A DNA stretch of 62,734 nucleotides, the filler included, from Candidatus Babelota bacterium (GTDB lineage Bacteria; JAGOBX01), in the NCBI GenBank assembly GCA_017999075.1. It is 8 parts of 8 records of this genome, joined end to end, with 100 filler letters (N's around TTAATTAATTAA, not from the genome) between each part and the next. Parts side by side here need not be neighbours in the genome. Positions count along the whole stretch, not along the records: positions 44,228 to 59,392 come from JAGOBX010000029.1; 7 more parts are not named here. One strand, written 5' to 3'. Positions 46,055-56,701 of the stretch are shown piece after piece (the stretch's first letter is position 1; every line of letters starts with the position of its first letter). Position numbers and translations under genes: made by a program. The notes below the pieces were generated by a model. The model worked only from the letters and a program-made list of their open reading frames with translations, was not told the DNA's origin and made no database searches.

Positions 46055-47242
46055 TTACACTTTTATTTTAAATAAATCCAACACAAGTGTTTTAAAAATA
46101 TCAAAACCAGTATATCCATTTCTCAAAAGATATTTAAAAGTTTGAACCGCTAAACCTATTCTATATTTTTTTAAAGTTCTTCTTATAAATCTCGCAAAAA
46201 AAAACAATCTGCGTTTTTTAAAATAATCGCTTTCAAAAATTTCAATAGTTTTTTTTGATTGAATATTTTTTTCAAGTTTTTCAAACAAATCGATAATCAC
46301 ATTTTTTATATATATTTCGCTCTCATATTCTGTAATAGCGCGTTTATATGCATTTTCAGCTATTATTTCGCGTTTTCTATCATCTTCAAGATATTTTCTG
46401 ACTTTTTCAAGAAGTTCATCACAATCTTTAAAATAATCCACTTCGTTTCCTATTTCAAACACATATTTAAGTGTTGGAGCATATTCTGATAAACAGAACG
46501 ATTTTGTCAGAGCAATTTCAATAGGTCTTCCTTTATTCTGTTTTGCCCTGTTTATTGTTACAGGATCAAATTTTTCTATCCACGGAATAACCTGTATGGC
46601 AGTAAAATTCAAATTTATTTTTGATTTGTTGAATATTAAATTCATCTGTTCCATAGATACAGGCCCATTTTCTGAGCCTCGGCCAAACACATCAACTTTT
46701 ATACCATTTTTTTTCAAAAAATTTATATATTTCAGCCGTTCATCCCGTACTTCTCCGATAAAAGTAACGTCATATTCTTTTTTTACAGCAACAGGATGAT
46801 ATTCTTTTTTGCTGTATGAACTGAAATATAATACAGTTGGGATATCAAGTTTTTCATAATATGCTCTGCCCAAATAATCAGTAACAATTACAGCATCAGC
46901 TGTTTGCGAATAGTATTTAGTAAATGTCTGCTGCAGAAACTCTTCGTCAAAAAGCCAGAATACAATCCGGCAATTTTTCCGCAGTGAATTAAGAAACCTC
47001 GGAGAAATTTCAAAATTATTATCAAAAATAAAAATTAAAATTAAATCAATCTTATTTTGTTCAACAGTTTCAAATATTTTATTTTCTAATGAGATTGGTC
47101 CGAATTTTTTAAAATAATCCGAATAATTAATTTGGCAGGTATTATCGAAATATTTTTTTGTTTCATTTATATGAAAAAGAATATACTCAAAATCAAATTC
47201 ATATAAATAAAGACAATTTTTAAATTTGGTGTACTGTATCAT
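46055..47242 (-). CDS. CgeB-like glycosyltransferase (GT-B)
   Basis: DVTFIG, SKINLNF, KGRPIEI, REIIAENAYKR. Confidence 0.85.
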   Translation of the reverse strand: MIQYTKFKNCLYLYEFDFEYILFHINETKKYFDNTCQINYSDYFKKFGPISLENKIFETVEQNKIDLILIFIFDNNFEISPRFLNSLRKNCRIVFWLFDEEFLQQTFTKYYSQTADAVIVTDYLGRAYYEKLDIPTVLYFSSYSKKEYHPVAVKKEYDVTFIGEVRDERLKYINFLKKNGIKVDVFGRGSENGPVSMEQMNLIFNKSKINLNFTAIQVIPWIEKFDPVTINRAKQNKGRPIEIALTKSFCLSEYAPTLKYVFEIGNEVDYFKDCDELLEKVRKYLEDDRKREIIAENAYKRAITEYESEIYIKNVIIDLFEKLEKNIQSKKTIEIFESDYFKKRRLFFFARFIRRTLKKYRIGLAVQTFKYLLRNGYTGFDIFKTLVLDLFKIKV

Positions 47243-47243
47243 A

Positions 47244-47885
47244 TCAAATAAACCTTGCCGGATTACCCACTGCTTTTTTGTTGTCAGAAATATTTTTAAT
47301 TACTACTGTTCCTGCGCCTATAATACACCCTGAACCTATTGTAATGTCAGGAAGAATTACTGAGCCAATACCTATAAAAGTTTTTTCTTTTACTATTGCG
47401 CGGCCTCCTATTTTAACTCCCGGAGAAATAGTAACTCCTGTCTCTAACACAACATTATGATCTATAACAGCAGAATGATTTATTAAAACATAATCTTTTA
47501 TAACAGCGCCTGGAGCAACAACAGCATTTGCGCAAATTGATAAACCAACTCCAAGTTCAGATGTTCTTGAAACTATACTTCTGTTATCAATAATATTTAC
47601 AGGTTTGAAACCGAGTCTTATCAATTTATGAGCGCATTCTATTCTGAATGGACCATCGCCTGTCGCAATAATAAAATCAGATATATTGTTTTCTTTAAAA
47701 AAATCAAGTTTTTCAAACCCTCCCAACACAGGAATCCCATCATTTAATTTTCCGTGATAATTTTTATTATCATCTATAAATCCTGCAATTTCATAATCAT
47801 TATTGTTAAATATAGTATCTGCAACAACCCTCGGATGACCGTCCCAGCGTGCACCTACTATAAAAATTTTTTTTTTATCTTTCAT
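47244..47885 (-). CDS. NeuD/PglD-family sugar acetyltransferase
   Basis: Rossmann-like N-terminus, hexapeptide repeats, IDH, GAGTVV, VGNPAR. Confidence 0.92.
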   Translation of the reverse strand: MKDKKKIFIVGARWDGHPRVVADTIFNNNDYEIAGFIDDNKNYHGKLNDGIPVLGGFEKLDFFKENNISDFIIATGDGPFRIECAHKLIRLGFKPVNIIDNRSIVSRTSELGVGLSICANAVVAPGAVIKDYVLINHSAVIDHNVVLETGVTISPGVKIGGRAIVKEKTFIGIGSVILPDITIGSGCIIGAGTVVIKNISDNKKAVGNPARFI

Positions 47886-47903
47886 AATATTTAAATTAAA
47901 AAA

Positions 47904-48746
47904 TTAAGATTTCCTTTTTTCAAGATAATGTTTTGCAACTATATGATCGACAAATCCTATCTTAACTCCTGCCTCAGTCAATCTGCGCCACATATTTGCA
48001 TCGCCAGGTTCGTTTATCATCCACGAATACAAATTATACTTAAAAAATGATAATGCCGCATTATACATAATCGCCTGATGACATATTCTGCCCGCTTTTA
48101 ATGGGTATTCGCCAACTTTTTCCCAAACATCAGGTTTACGTTCCATCAAAGCTGCTCCATAAACAAATTCAAATTGTTCCTTTTTTGCCTTATTTAATAA
48201 AACTTCAATATGATCTGATGTGAACTCATCATCATCGTCTAAATGGCATAACCATTCGCCTTTAGACAATTCTATTCCTTTATTCATTGGTGGAATACCT
48301 GCAACACACCATCTGAAATGCATAATATCAGGATATAAATAAGCGCTGCGTTGAAGATTCAAAAAAGAAATCCGTTTGTCTCTGATTTTGTTAAGAGCCG
48401 CTTCTGTTCCGTCATCGCATCCGTCGCCTACTATAATCAATTCCCAATTTTTATATGTCTGATTCAAAACTGACGGAATGGTTCTTTCTGTTAATAACTG
48501 GCATTTATTATAAGTGGCAATTCTTATAGAAACCAGAGGTTCATCAAGTAGATAAGCATTATTATATTTTTCTGATTTTCTGATTTCTTCAATCTGATTT
48601 TTTACAAAATAGGTTTTTTCTATATTCTGATCCATCCAATATTTTATAATATGATTATGTCTGAACACATCTTCATTCAAAGGTTTAAGGTGATCCTTTA
48701 AAAAATACGCTAATAAATTGCCTATTGTTCTTCTTATAAATTTCAT
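47904..48746 (-). CDS. Glycosyltransferase family 2
   Basis: IATYN, SVLNQTY, VGDGCDD, LDDDD. Confidence 0.9.
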   Translation of the reverse strand: MKFIRRTIGNLLAYFLKDHLKPLNEDVFRHNHIIKYWMDQNIEKTYFVKNQIEEIRKSEKYNNAYLLDEPLVSIRIATYNKCQLLTERTIPSVLNQTYKNWELIIVGDGCDDGTEAALNKIRDKRISFLNLQRSAYLYPDIMHFRWCVAGIPPMNKGIELSKGEWLCHLDDDDEFTSDHIEVLLNKAKKEQFEFVYGAALMERKPDVWEKVGEYPLKAGRICHQAIMYNAALSFFKYNLYSWMINEPGDANMWRRLTEAGVKIGFVDHIVAKHYLEKRKS

Positions 48747-48750
48747 AGTC

Positions 48751-49869
48751 TTAAACTAATATCTTTCTGATTTTGCCGCAAATTAATTTTATCTGCTCAG
48801 CTTTTAAATCTCCGTACATAGGCAGACATAATATATTGTCTGCAACATAATTTGCAATCGGCAATTTTGAAGGATTAGCATTTTTGAGTTTTTTGTAAAA
48901 TTCATAATTACTGCACAATGGATAGAAATATTTTCTTGATAAAATATCATCTTTTTTTAACATATCATAAATATCATTACGCGTAATATTTTTTTTATTC
49001 TGCATTACTAAAACAGGAAAATAACTGTAATTATACGTTATATTTTCATTATTATAATCAGGTAATTTCAAACAATCTATTTTTTTTAGTTCGTCAATAT
49101 ATTTTTCGGCATTTTTTTTACGTTTATTTATTTCATTTCCTATCGAATCAAGTATTGATAACCCTATCCCGCATTGAAATTCGTTTAACTTTGCATTTGT
49201 TCCAACGCAAACTACTGATTCTTCATTGGTAATTCCAAAATTTTTAAGTTTCTCAAATTTTTCATATAAATTTTTATTTTTACAAATCAATGCCCCCCCT
49301 TCAAATGTATGAAAAATCTTTGTTGCATGAAAACTCAGCATATTCACATCTCCGAATTCAGTGATTGATTTACCGTTTATCTTTACGCCGAACGCATGCG
49401 CGGAATCATAAATTACTTTGAGATTATATTTTTTTGCAATTTCATTAATTTTTTTTAAATTACATGGTCTGCCGTAAACATGCACTGGACATATTGCAGA
49501 AGTATGTCTGGTTATATATTTTTCAATAAGATTTTCATCTATATTATAATCATCCATTTTAATATCGCAAAATACAGGCTTAAGATTTGAACGCATTATA
49601 GAATGTATGGTCGCAGGAAATGTAAATGGAGTTGTAATAACTTCTCCTTTTAATTCAAGTGCATTGTAAGCAATTTCCAAAGCAAGTGTACCGTTAGCAA
49701 ATAATGAAATATAATCAGCATTAAAAAAACTGCTCAATTTATTTGTTAAAGAATTATAATATGTTCCTTTATTTGTAAGCCACTTTGATTTCCATAAATC
49801 ATTTATTATTTTATTAACCTCTTTTTTAGACGGCAGAACCGGCTGAGTAATATATATTTTTTTATTCAT
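48751..49869 (-). CDS. DegT/DnrJ/EryC1/StrS sugar aminotransferase (VioA-like)
   Basis: NGTLAL, TTPFTF, YDSAHAFG, SFHATKIFHTFEGG, RKYFYP. Confidence 0.93.
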   Translation of the reverse strand: MNKKIYITQPVLPSKKEVNKIINDLWKSKWLTNKGTYYNSLTNKLSSFFNADYISLFANGTLALEIAYNALELKGEVITTPFTFPATIHSIMRSNLKPVFCDIKMDDYNIDENLIEKYITRHTSAICPVHVYGRPCNLKKINEIAKKYNLKVIYDSAHAFGVKINGKSITEFGDVNMLSFHATKIFHTFEGGALICKNKNLYEKFEKLKNFGITNEESVVCVGTNAKLNEFQCGIGLSILDSIGNEINKRKKNAEKYIDELKKIDCLKLPDYNNENITYNYSYFPVLVMQNKKNITRNDIYDMLKKDDILSRKYFYPLCSNYEFYKKLKNANPSKLPIANYVADNILCLPMYGDLKAEQIKLICGKIRKILV

Positions 49870-50020
49870 AAAAGTTTCCTGATAATCAAATTATAAAAAA
49901 TAATAATCAAAGATTAAAAACAACTCATATAAAATGCAATACTATTTTCATATTTGTTTATTTTTACAATTTCCGAATTACTGAATTTATCATATTCAAT
50001 TATTATATTATAGTAATAAA

Positions 50021-50899
50021 TTAAACCGATTGTCTGGCGCATATTTTTTTTAAAGCCTGAATCAATGACAGATAATAAACCCAATCAAATATTATCCATC
50101 TGGTACTCAACGATAAAATAATAAAAAAAATATGCAAATTCCACTTACTGAATTTTCTGATATTCAGCCAGAAAAAAAGAAATTTATTCCTTGTGGAAAT
50201 AATTTTCAATTTGTTCTGATTCTGTTTTTTCAAAGTCGAACTCGTCTGATGATAGACAACTGCTTTTGGTTCAAAAATTGTATCAAATCCTGATTTATTA
50301 AGTCTATAACCCAGATCAGTGTCTTCCCAGATATACGGAGAGTAAATTTCGTTATATCCTTTTAAATTCAATAAAACTGTTTTTCTTCCGAGAAAACAGC
50401 ATCCAAGGTTTGCCAGAACTTTTTTTGATGTTTTATCGGATTCATCGTACTCTGCATTTTTATATCTGAAAAATCCTCGTTTAAAATAGGGAATAATATA
50501 AGTGTTATAATGATCTATGTTATTAAAATTATCCGTATAATTTTTTATCAAACCCGCTACAGCTCCAGTTTTCTCAATTTCAAAATGAGGCATTGCATAT
50601 TTAAAAAAATCTTTATCAAAAGCAACATCACTGTTTACAATGCACAATATCTCATTTACAGCGCTGAAAATACCTGAATTGCATGCCGCTGAAAAACCTT
50701 TATTTTTAATATGTCTGATGATTTTTATTTCCGGATATGTTTGTTCTAAAAAATTCACGCTGTCATCTTTTGAGCAGTCGTCTACTATTATTATTTCATA
50801 ATTTTTATTTTCTGATAATGCTTTATATATATAAGGCAAATTTTTTTCCAATAAATTCCGGCCATTATAATTAGGGATTATTATGCTGATTGATGTCAT
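50021..50899 (-). CDS. Glycosyltransferase family 2
   Basis: IPNYNG, DDCSKD, NKGFS, NSD, WEDTDL. Confidence 0.92.
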   Translation of the reverse strand: MTSISIIIPNYNGRNLLEKNLPYIYKALSENKNYEIIIVDDCSKDDSVNFLEQTYPEIKIIRHIKNKGFSAACNSGIFSAVNEILCIVNSDVAFDKDFFKYAMPHFEIEKTGAVAGLIKNYTDNFNNIDHYNTYIIPYFKRGFFRYKNAEYDESDKTSKKVLANLGCCFLGRKTVLLNLKGYNEIYSPYIWEDTDLGYRLNKSGFDTIFEPKAVVYHQTSSTLKKQNQNKLKIISTRNKFLFFWLNIRKFSKWNLHIFFIILSLSTRWIIFDWVYYLSLIQALKKICARQSV

Positions 50900-50923
50900 A
50901 AATAAATTTTATTTTTAATTTTT

Positions 50924-51952
50924 TCAGGTTATATCAAATTTCTTTATCTTTTCCAGTTCTTCTACTGTCTTATTAAAAACAGCATCCACTGTAATTTCAG
51001 ACATGGAAAAATGAAAATGTCTTTTCGAAATATATGCAGGACTGTATCTTATAACATTAGATGCCATAAGTATTCCAAGAGTGGGAACACCATACGCAAT
51101 TGCAATGTGCCGTATTCCTGTATCATTTCCAATAAAATACAGTGATTTTCTAAGATATCCGGCAACATCTTCAAGAGGTCCGGCAATAATAATTTTATCA
51201 AGATTTCTGCAATTATTTTTAAAATCAGTTTCGATTTCTTTTTCCAGAGGACCTATTGGGATGACAATTTTAATGTCAGGATATTGGTTTATAAGTTTAT
51301 CAGCAAGTTCAGCGTAATTTTTTATAGGCCAATTTTTTGTCGGCATAGCAGAACCTATTGCAAAAGTAACAAATGGACCAGCATCTTTAATTTCATGTTC
51401 AGGCATAAAAAAATCCAATGGATCGCCATTTATCTCGAATGCTCTTAATAAATCAAGAAACGCATCAGATTCGAATTTATATCCGGAACGGTTAATGGCA
51501 GCGTCATAACAAAACCTTTCAAATCCCCTGTGGTTAAACCCGACTTTCATTGTTGCCGGAATAATTGCGGATAAAATCATACTTCTGGTTGATTCTGTAA
51601 TGTCAAATAAAAAATCCTGTTTTTCAAATTTTCTAAATTTAATAATCTGAGTTATATCTTCTTTCAACCCTTTTCTGCGAGGAATAATAATAAAATCATC
51701 TACAAGCTTTTCTGAAATCAATTTATTGGTAGAACATAAAAACGTAATCCTGGCAGAAGGAAAATATTTTCTTAATGTCCGGAAAAATGGAACCGTAAGT
51801 ATAGTGTCTCCAAGTCCGCCAAACTTGATAACACATATTTTTTTTATTTCATTCTCATTTATTATATTGAACTTCTTCCCGAAATTTTTACTTGTATAAT
51901 TACTCTTGTTATTATTATATTTTATTTGATATTTCATCTGATTCCTTATCAA
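50924..51952 (-). CDS. Glycosyltransferase family 9 (heptosyltransferase-like)
   Basis: GGLGDTIL, KNWP, GNDTGIRHIA. Confidence 0.92.
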   Translation of the reverse strand: MIRNQMKYQIKYNNNKSNYTSKNFGKKFNIINENEIKKICVIKFGGLGDTILTVPFFRTLRKYFPSARITFLCSTNKLISEKLVDDFIIIPRRKGLKEDITQIIKFRKFEKQDFLFDITESTRSMILSAIIPATMKVGFNHRGFERFCYDAAINRSGYKFESDAFLDLLRAFEINGDPLDFFMPEHEIKDAGPFVTFAIGSAMPTKNWPIKNYAELADKLINQYPDIKIVIPIGPLEKEIETDFKNNCRNLDKIIIAGPLEDVAGYLRKSLYFIGNDTGIRHIAIAYGVPTLGILMASNVIRYSPAYISKRHFHFSMSEITVDAVFNKTVEELEKIKKFDIT

Positions 51953-51956
51953 AAAA

Positions 51957-52949
51957 TTATTTATTATATGCTAAATGCTGACATTCTCTGCAAAACGGTA
52001 TAACCTTCAAATCAGATTCTAAAATTCCTTTTCTTATTTTTGAAGCATGACTTCCGTACCATAATTCTTTAAACGATTTTTCCAAAATATTTCCGAAGTT
52101 AAACTGCGAAGGAAACGGACGGGCGCAACATAATACCCAGTATCCATCCCATGTGATAAAAGGCTGTTTCCATAAAAATGAACATGGTTCTATTTTGGTT
52201 TCATTTCCCCAAATTGTTCTATCACGTTTTGTATGTCTTACTTTAACGCCGTTTTTTTCACCTATATTTATTGCTTCAAATAATTTTTTTTTAAATAATT
52301 CTTTATTTTTAATATGAAACTCTGGTTTATTCTCGTAAAACTGCTGTTCACCCAAAGTAACTTTTTTCACACCAAGTTTTGAAGCAGTCTCTACAAACTC
52401 AGGAGCCTCTTCAAAATTTTCATTCATCATCATAAAAGTTAATGTAAAATTATAATCAGGATTATATTGCCGGAAAAAACTTATGTTCTGAAAAATTTTA
52501 TCAAAAGGAATTACCGTTTTTCCAGATACTTTTCTATATGTTTCTTCTTTAACCGCATCTAAAGAAACTGTCAAATGGATATGTTTGTCAATTATTTGTT
52601 TAATATTTGTTTCATTTAACAAAGTTCCGTTTGTGGTAATAAATATTTTAACATTTTTTCTTTTTAAAAAATCAACCATTTTAAACAAGTCTTTATGTAA
52701 AAACGATTCGCCTGTACCGAATAATGAAATCGATTTTAAAAAAGGAAACTGTTCTATGATTTTTTCAAAATTTTCATAAGACATATACCCTGTCTTAAAT
52801 GAAGAACTATGCCTGTAACATTCAATACAATTTAAATTACAGGCGTTTGTAAGTTCTAACTGCAGTTTTTGAGGTTCATAATTAACCTTATCGGTTTTGC
52901 GTTTTCTCGCAACGTTAAACATCAAAGAATTATATATTTTTTTTAACAT
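51957..52949 (-). CDS. Radical SAM / SPASM-domain protein
   Basis: ELTNACNLNCIEC, GTGE, TTNG; C-terminal C..W....ITWDG...CC...C..C. Confidence 0.92.
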   Translation of the reverse strand: MLKKIYNSLMFNVARKRKTDKVNYEPQKLQLELTNACNLNCIECYRHSSSFKTGYMSYENFEKIIEQFPFLKSISLFGTGESFLHKDLFKMVDFLKRKNVKIFITTNGTLLNETNIKQIIDKHIHLTVSLDAVKEETYRKVSGKTVIPFDKIFQNISFFRQYNPDYNFTLTFMMMNENFEEAPEFVETASKLGVKKVTLGEQQFYENKPEFHIKNKELFKKKLFEAINIGEKNGVKVRHTKRDRTIWGNETKIEPCSFLWKQPFITWDGYWVLCCARPFPSQFNFGNILEKSFKELWYGSHASKIRKGILESDLKVIPFCRECQHLAYNK

Positions 52950-53063
52950 AATATTTTTATAATACTATTGTCAAATCAAATTATCAACTTTTTTTTATTT
53001 TGACTTTTTTATCAGAAAATTATATAAATTTAACTTTAATTTACAAATTTTGAAATTTAACTC

Positions 53064-54503
53064 ATGCTTTTTAATTCATTTGAATTCATTTTTATTTTTT
53101 TGCCGGTAGTTTTAACTGCATATTATCTGATTTCAAACCACCGGTCAAGGTTATGGCTGCTTTTAATATCAAGTTATTTTTTTTACGGATGGTGGAATTA
53201 TAAATTTTTGTCTCTCCTTTTATTAAGCACTTCTCTTGATTATTATTTGGGATTACTCATTTACAACACGCAATCAGAACAGAAAAGAAAAAAACTTCTA
53301 ATCTTATCTGTTATAACAAATCTGGGTATCCTTGGTTTTTTTAAATATTTTAATTTTTTCGTGGAGAATTTTTATACATTATCTTCGTTAATTAACAATG
53401 AATCATCAAGGACATTTTTTTTAGAAATTGTATTGCCTGTAGGAATATCTTTTTACACATTTCAATCAATGAGTTATACAATTGATGTGTATTATAAAAA
53501 AACTCAGCCGCACCGAGATTTTATGGCGTTCGCGAGTTATGTCGCGTTATTTCCGCAGCTTGTAGCAGGCCCAATTATCAGGCACAGCGATTTAGTTTAT
53601 CAGCTTGAAGATGCTTCCAGAGGAAAATGGAACGGTAATAACTTTGCGCGCGGATTGTTTTTTTTCGTTATCGGGTTATCAAAAAAAATTATAATCGCTG
53701 ATCATTTAGCGGGCGCTATTGATCCTGCTCTTGATAATCTTGACGCGGTTTCAACACTCGAATCATGGCTTTGCGCATTGGGATATACATTTCAGATATA
53801 CTTTGATTTTTCCGGATATTCTGATATGGCTATAGGTTTAGGATGGATGATGAATTTTCATTTTATCACTAATTTCAACTCTCCCTATAAATCAAAGTCA
53901 ATTACAGAATTCTGGCAGAGATGGCATATCAGTCTAAGCGCATGGCTTAAAGATTATCTTTATATCCCTCTTGGCGGAAACAGAAACGGATTATATAAAA
54001 CATACAGAAATTTATTCTTGACAATGCTTCTCGGCGGACTATGGCATGGAGCAAATTGGGTTTATGTAATCTGGGGCGCATATCACGGAATTTTACTTGC
54101 AATAGAACGGGCATTAGGATTTCACAAAAAAAATACAGAAATTCCGCCTACGAACAAAATTATTTTTTCTACTCTAAAAAAAAGAATCATAACATTTTTT
54201 TTAATAATAATAAGCTGGGTTTTTTTCAGATCTCCTGACATTTCATTCTCGTTTAACTGGTTTAAAAAATTATTTTCTCCTCCGTTCACATTTTCTCTTT
54301 ATCAATTTTCAAGCAGAGTCCGTGATAAATATTTTGCAGCGCTTGTTGTAAGCATACTGATATCTTTTCTTGTCAAAAACACTTCGGAACTTAATTTTGA
54401 AAATTATATGCATAAACGTTATGCTTTTTTATTAGGATTATTGTTATGTTTATGTCTTGTATTTTTCACTAAAAATTCTCCTTTTTTATATTTTCAATTT
54501 TAA
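53064..54503 (+). CDS. MBOAT family O-acyltransferase (AlgI/DltB-like)
   Basis: MLFNS, LPVGISFYTFQ, FPQLVAGPI, DFSGYSD, FWQRWHISL, GLWHGA. Confidence 0.95.
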   Translation: MLFNSFEFIFIFLPVVLTAYYLISNHRSRLWLLLISSYFFYGWWNYKFLSLLLLSTSLDYYLGLLIYNTQSEQKRKKLLILSVITNLGILGFFKYFNFFVENFYTLSSLINNESSRTFFLEIVLPVGISFYTFQSMSYTIDVYYKKTQPHRDFMAFASYVALFPQLVAGPIIRHSDLVYQLEDASRGKWNGNNFARGLFFFVIGLSKKIIIADHLAGAIDPALDNLDAVSTLESWLCALGYTFQIYFDFSGYSDMAIGLGWMMNFHFITNFNSPYKSKSITEFWQRWHISLSAWLKDYLYIPLGGNRNGLYKTYRNLFLTMLLGGLWHGANWVYVIWGAYHGILLAIERALGFHKKNTEIPPTNKIIFSTLKKRIITFFLIIISWVFFRSPDISFSFNWFKKLFSPPFTFSLYQFSSRVRDKYFAALVVSILISFLVKNTSELNFENYMHKRYAFLLGLLLCLCLVFFTKNSPFLYFQF

Positions 54504-54505
54504 TT

Positions 54506-55525
54506 ATGAATTCAAATAAATTTATACTGACTTTTTTCATAAGCTTTTTTGCGGGATTAGCAGCCGTTATTCTTTTTGTAACCTGGATTGATCCTGACAG
54601 AAACTTAAATTATCCCTGGAAAATTAATTTTATTTCAGATAGAAACGGACTTTATAAAAAATTTAATCTGTTAAAAAATCAAAACCGTTTTACAGACATA
54701 ATAATAGGTTCTTCAACATCGGAAGTTTTTATTCCTTATAATATTTCTGAAAAATTCGGAGTGTCTGCATTTTCAGCATCTTCTGCAGGAGCATCTGTTC
54801 CTGCCCGTTATATACTAATTAAAACAGCTATTGAAACACAACCAAATCTCAAAAGAATAATTTATGTGGCGGATCTTTTTGAATTTAATAATTTATTCAT
54901 TGAAAATAATTTATATTACCAAAATGAAATGATGGAATATTTACCGGATAATTTAAAAAAATTAATTGAACCCCCGAAAATTTACGATAGAATATACGAT
55001 TATATTTCACGGCTTACAATAAAAAAAGCATTCAAAACGTTTAAAGATTATCGGCAGTATAAAAAAGGAAATTATAAAAGCCATTATTTTGATGACGGTT
55101 CTACAACAGAATCTATGATTGAAATTGAAAATAAAAAAACTGAACCACTAAGCAGCAGGGTAAAAAGAATAGCAATGAATCACAAAGCATACAATGATAT
55201 AAAAAAACTTAATGAAAACACAAAAAAATTCTATTTTGAAATTGTAAATGAAATAAAAAAAAATAATAAAGAATTAATTATAATAATCCCTCCGTGGCAC
55301 CCTGAATTCCATGATTTTTTTAAAGGAAATTTTGTAAAAAATTTAATTTATAAAAAATGGGTCGAATTCATTAAATCTCTTGAAAATAATAATGTCAAAG
55401 TAATCGATTATAGCTATCCCGTATATTTAAATAAAAGTATTAATCAGGAAAATTATTATTGGAATGACGGCATTCATTTCAGTCAAAACACCGCTGAAAT
55501 AATAATTAACGAAATTTATAAATAA
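54506..55525 (+). CDS. SGNH-like partner of the MBOAT (AlgJ/DltD-like)
   Basis: N-terminal anchor, IIGSS and DGIH motifs; starts 2 nt after the MBOAT stop. Confidence 0.75.
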   Translation: MNSNKFILTFFISFFAGLAAVILFVTWIDPDRNLNYPWKINFISDRNGLYKKFNLLKNQNRFTDIIIGSSTSEVFIPYNISEKFGVSAFSASSAGASVPARYILIKTAIETQPNLKRIIYVADLFEFNNLFIENNLYYQNEMMEYLPDNLKKLIEPPKIYDRIYDYISRLTIKKAFKTFKDYRQYKKGNYKSHYFDDGSTTESMIEIENKKTEPLSSRVKRIAMNHKAYNDIKKLNENTKKFYFEIVNEIKKNNKELIIIIPPWHPEFHDFFKGNFVKNLIYKKWVEFIKSLENNNVKVIDYSYPVYLNKSINQENYYWNDGIHFSQNTAEIIINEIYK

Positions 55526-55656
55526 ATTTATGGGGTTTTGTTTTTATCTAATAATTCTTCAAATATAAGCAGATTTATAAAAGATTAAAAATGACTTTTG
55601 ACTATACGGCACTTTATAGGCCTTTAAGAACTTATCTTTAAAAGATATCATTGTTT

Positions 55657-56697
55657 TTATATTTCAATTTTAAATGCAGCCCAGCTGTAAGGTGATGCAT
55701 TGGTTTTAATATAATGCTGCTGAGCGCGCAGAAGCGCAGTTGCAGGAGAGATATCTTTTTCGGGTAAATTCAATAATGTATAAAATGTTCTTATAAGCGG
55801 TTGCGTATATTTATCGCTTATATCCCATAATGTAGAAAGCGCTGATTTGGCGCCTGCTTTTAAAAAAGCTGATGAAATAGAACTGTTTGAATTGAAGCAG
55901 TCTGAAACGCCGGATTTGCAGGTTGCCAGGACAGCAAGTTCAAGATTTTTCAAATTCATTTTTTCAATTTCAGATGTTCTTAGTTTAGCAAAATTACCGT
56001 GTTCATCCTTTAATAAAATATATGATAAATCATAGTCCTTATTATCCAAAAAAGAATGGCAGGATATATGCAGTATCGAATAAAATTTTATAATTCTTTT
56101 CAGGATATCCTTATGCGTCCATTCGGTTCGGTAAAGGTTGCCGTTAGAAAACAAATTTTTAATTTTAAAACCTTCATAATCGCTGTATTTTAATTCACTG
56201 CTGCTGTTCGTGAATATAAGCGGGCGCTTTTCTTTTTTTAGAATATAATGCTTGTTTGAAATAATTTTTAATTTAACATAATTTGATAAATAAGCAATTG
56301 TTAAACGAGGCCAGCGTCTGATAAAATATTTTCCTTCATCATCAATAAGCGCGCAGAATGGCAAATTATTTAAGATTTCACCGGTTTTGATATAAAGATA
56401 AGAATTACCGTCTATAATTGATTCAAGTGGTTTTATCAGAATATTATATACCTCATTTGAAAACCATTTAAATGTTTTTATCTGAGGGTAATTTTCTGAT
56501 GCTCCGCAGGAACAAGTATTTATTATAATTTTATTTATTGCAATAACCATTCTATTAAGTTTATCTATGGGAAGAGGAATTGTTATTTTATCATTTTTAT
56601 TTTTGGTATTATACGAAACAATTAAATTGTCATAATTTTCCTGAAAATTAAGAACAATAGTTTTTGGCGGCAGATTAGTAAAAACTGTTTCTGGCAT
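55657..56697 (-). CDS. Stand-alone CHAT (caspase-like) protease domain protein
   Basis: YNILIKPL, LNNLPFCAL, ILHISCHS (catalytic His), LAVLATCKSG (catalytic Cys), AFLKAGA..LSTLWDISD, PYSWAAF. Confidence 0.88.
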   Translation of the reverse strand: MPETVFTNLPPKTIVLNFQENYDNLIVSYNTKNKNDKITIPLPIDKLNRMVIAINKIIINTCSCGASENYPQIKTFKWFSNEVYNILIKPLESIIDGNSYLYIKTGEILNNLPFCALIDDEGKYFIRRWPRLTIAYLSNYVKLKIISNKHYILKKEKRPLIFTNSSSELKYSDYEGFKIKNLFSNGNLYRTEWTHKDILKRIIKFYSILHISCHSFLDNKDYDLSYILLKDEHGNFAKLRTSEIEKMNLKNLELAVLATCKSGVSDCFNSNSSISSAFLKAGAKSALSTLWDISDKYTQPLIRTFYTLLNLPEKDISPATALLRAQQHYIKTNASPYSWAAFKIEI

Positions 56698-56701
56698 TTT
56701 G

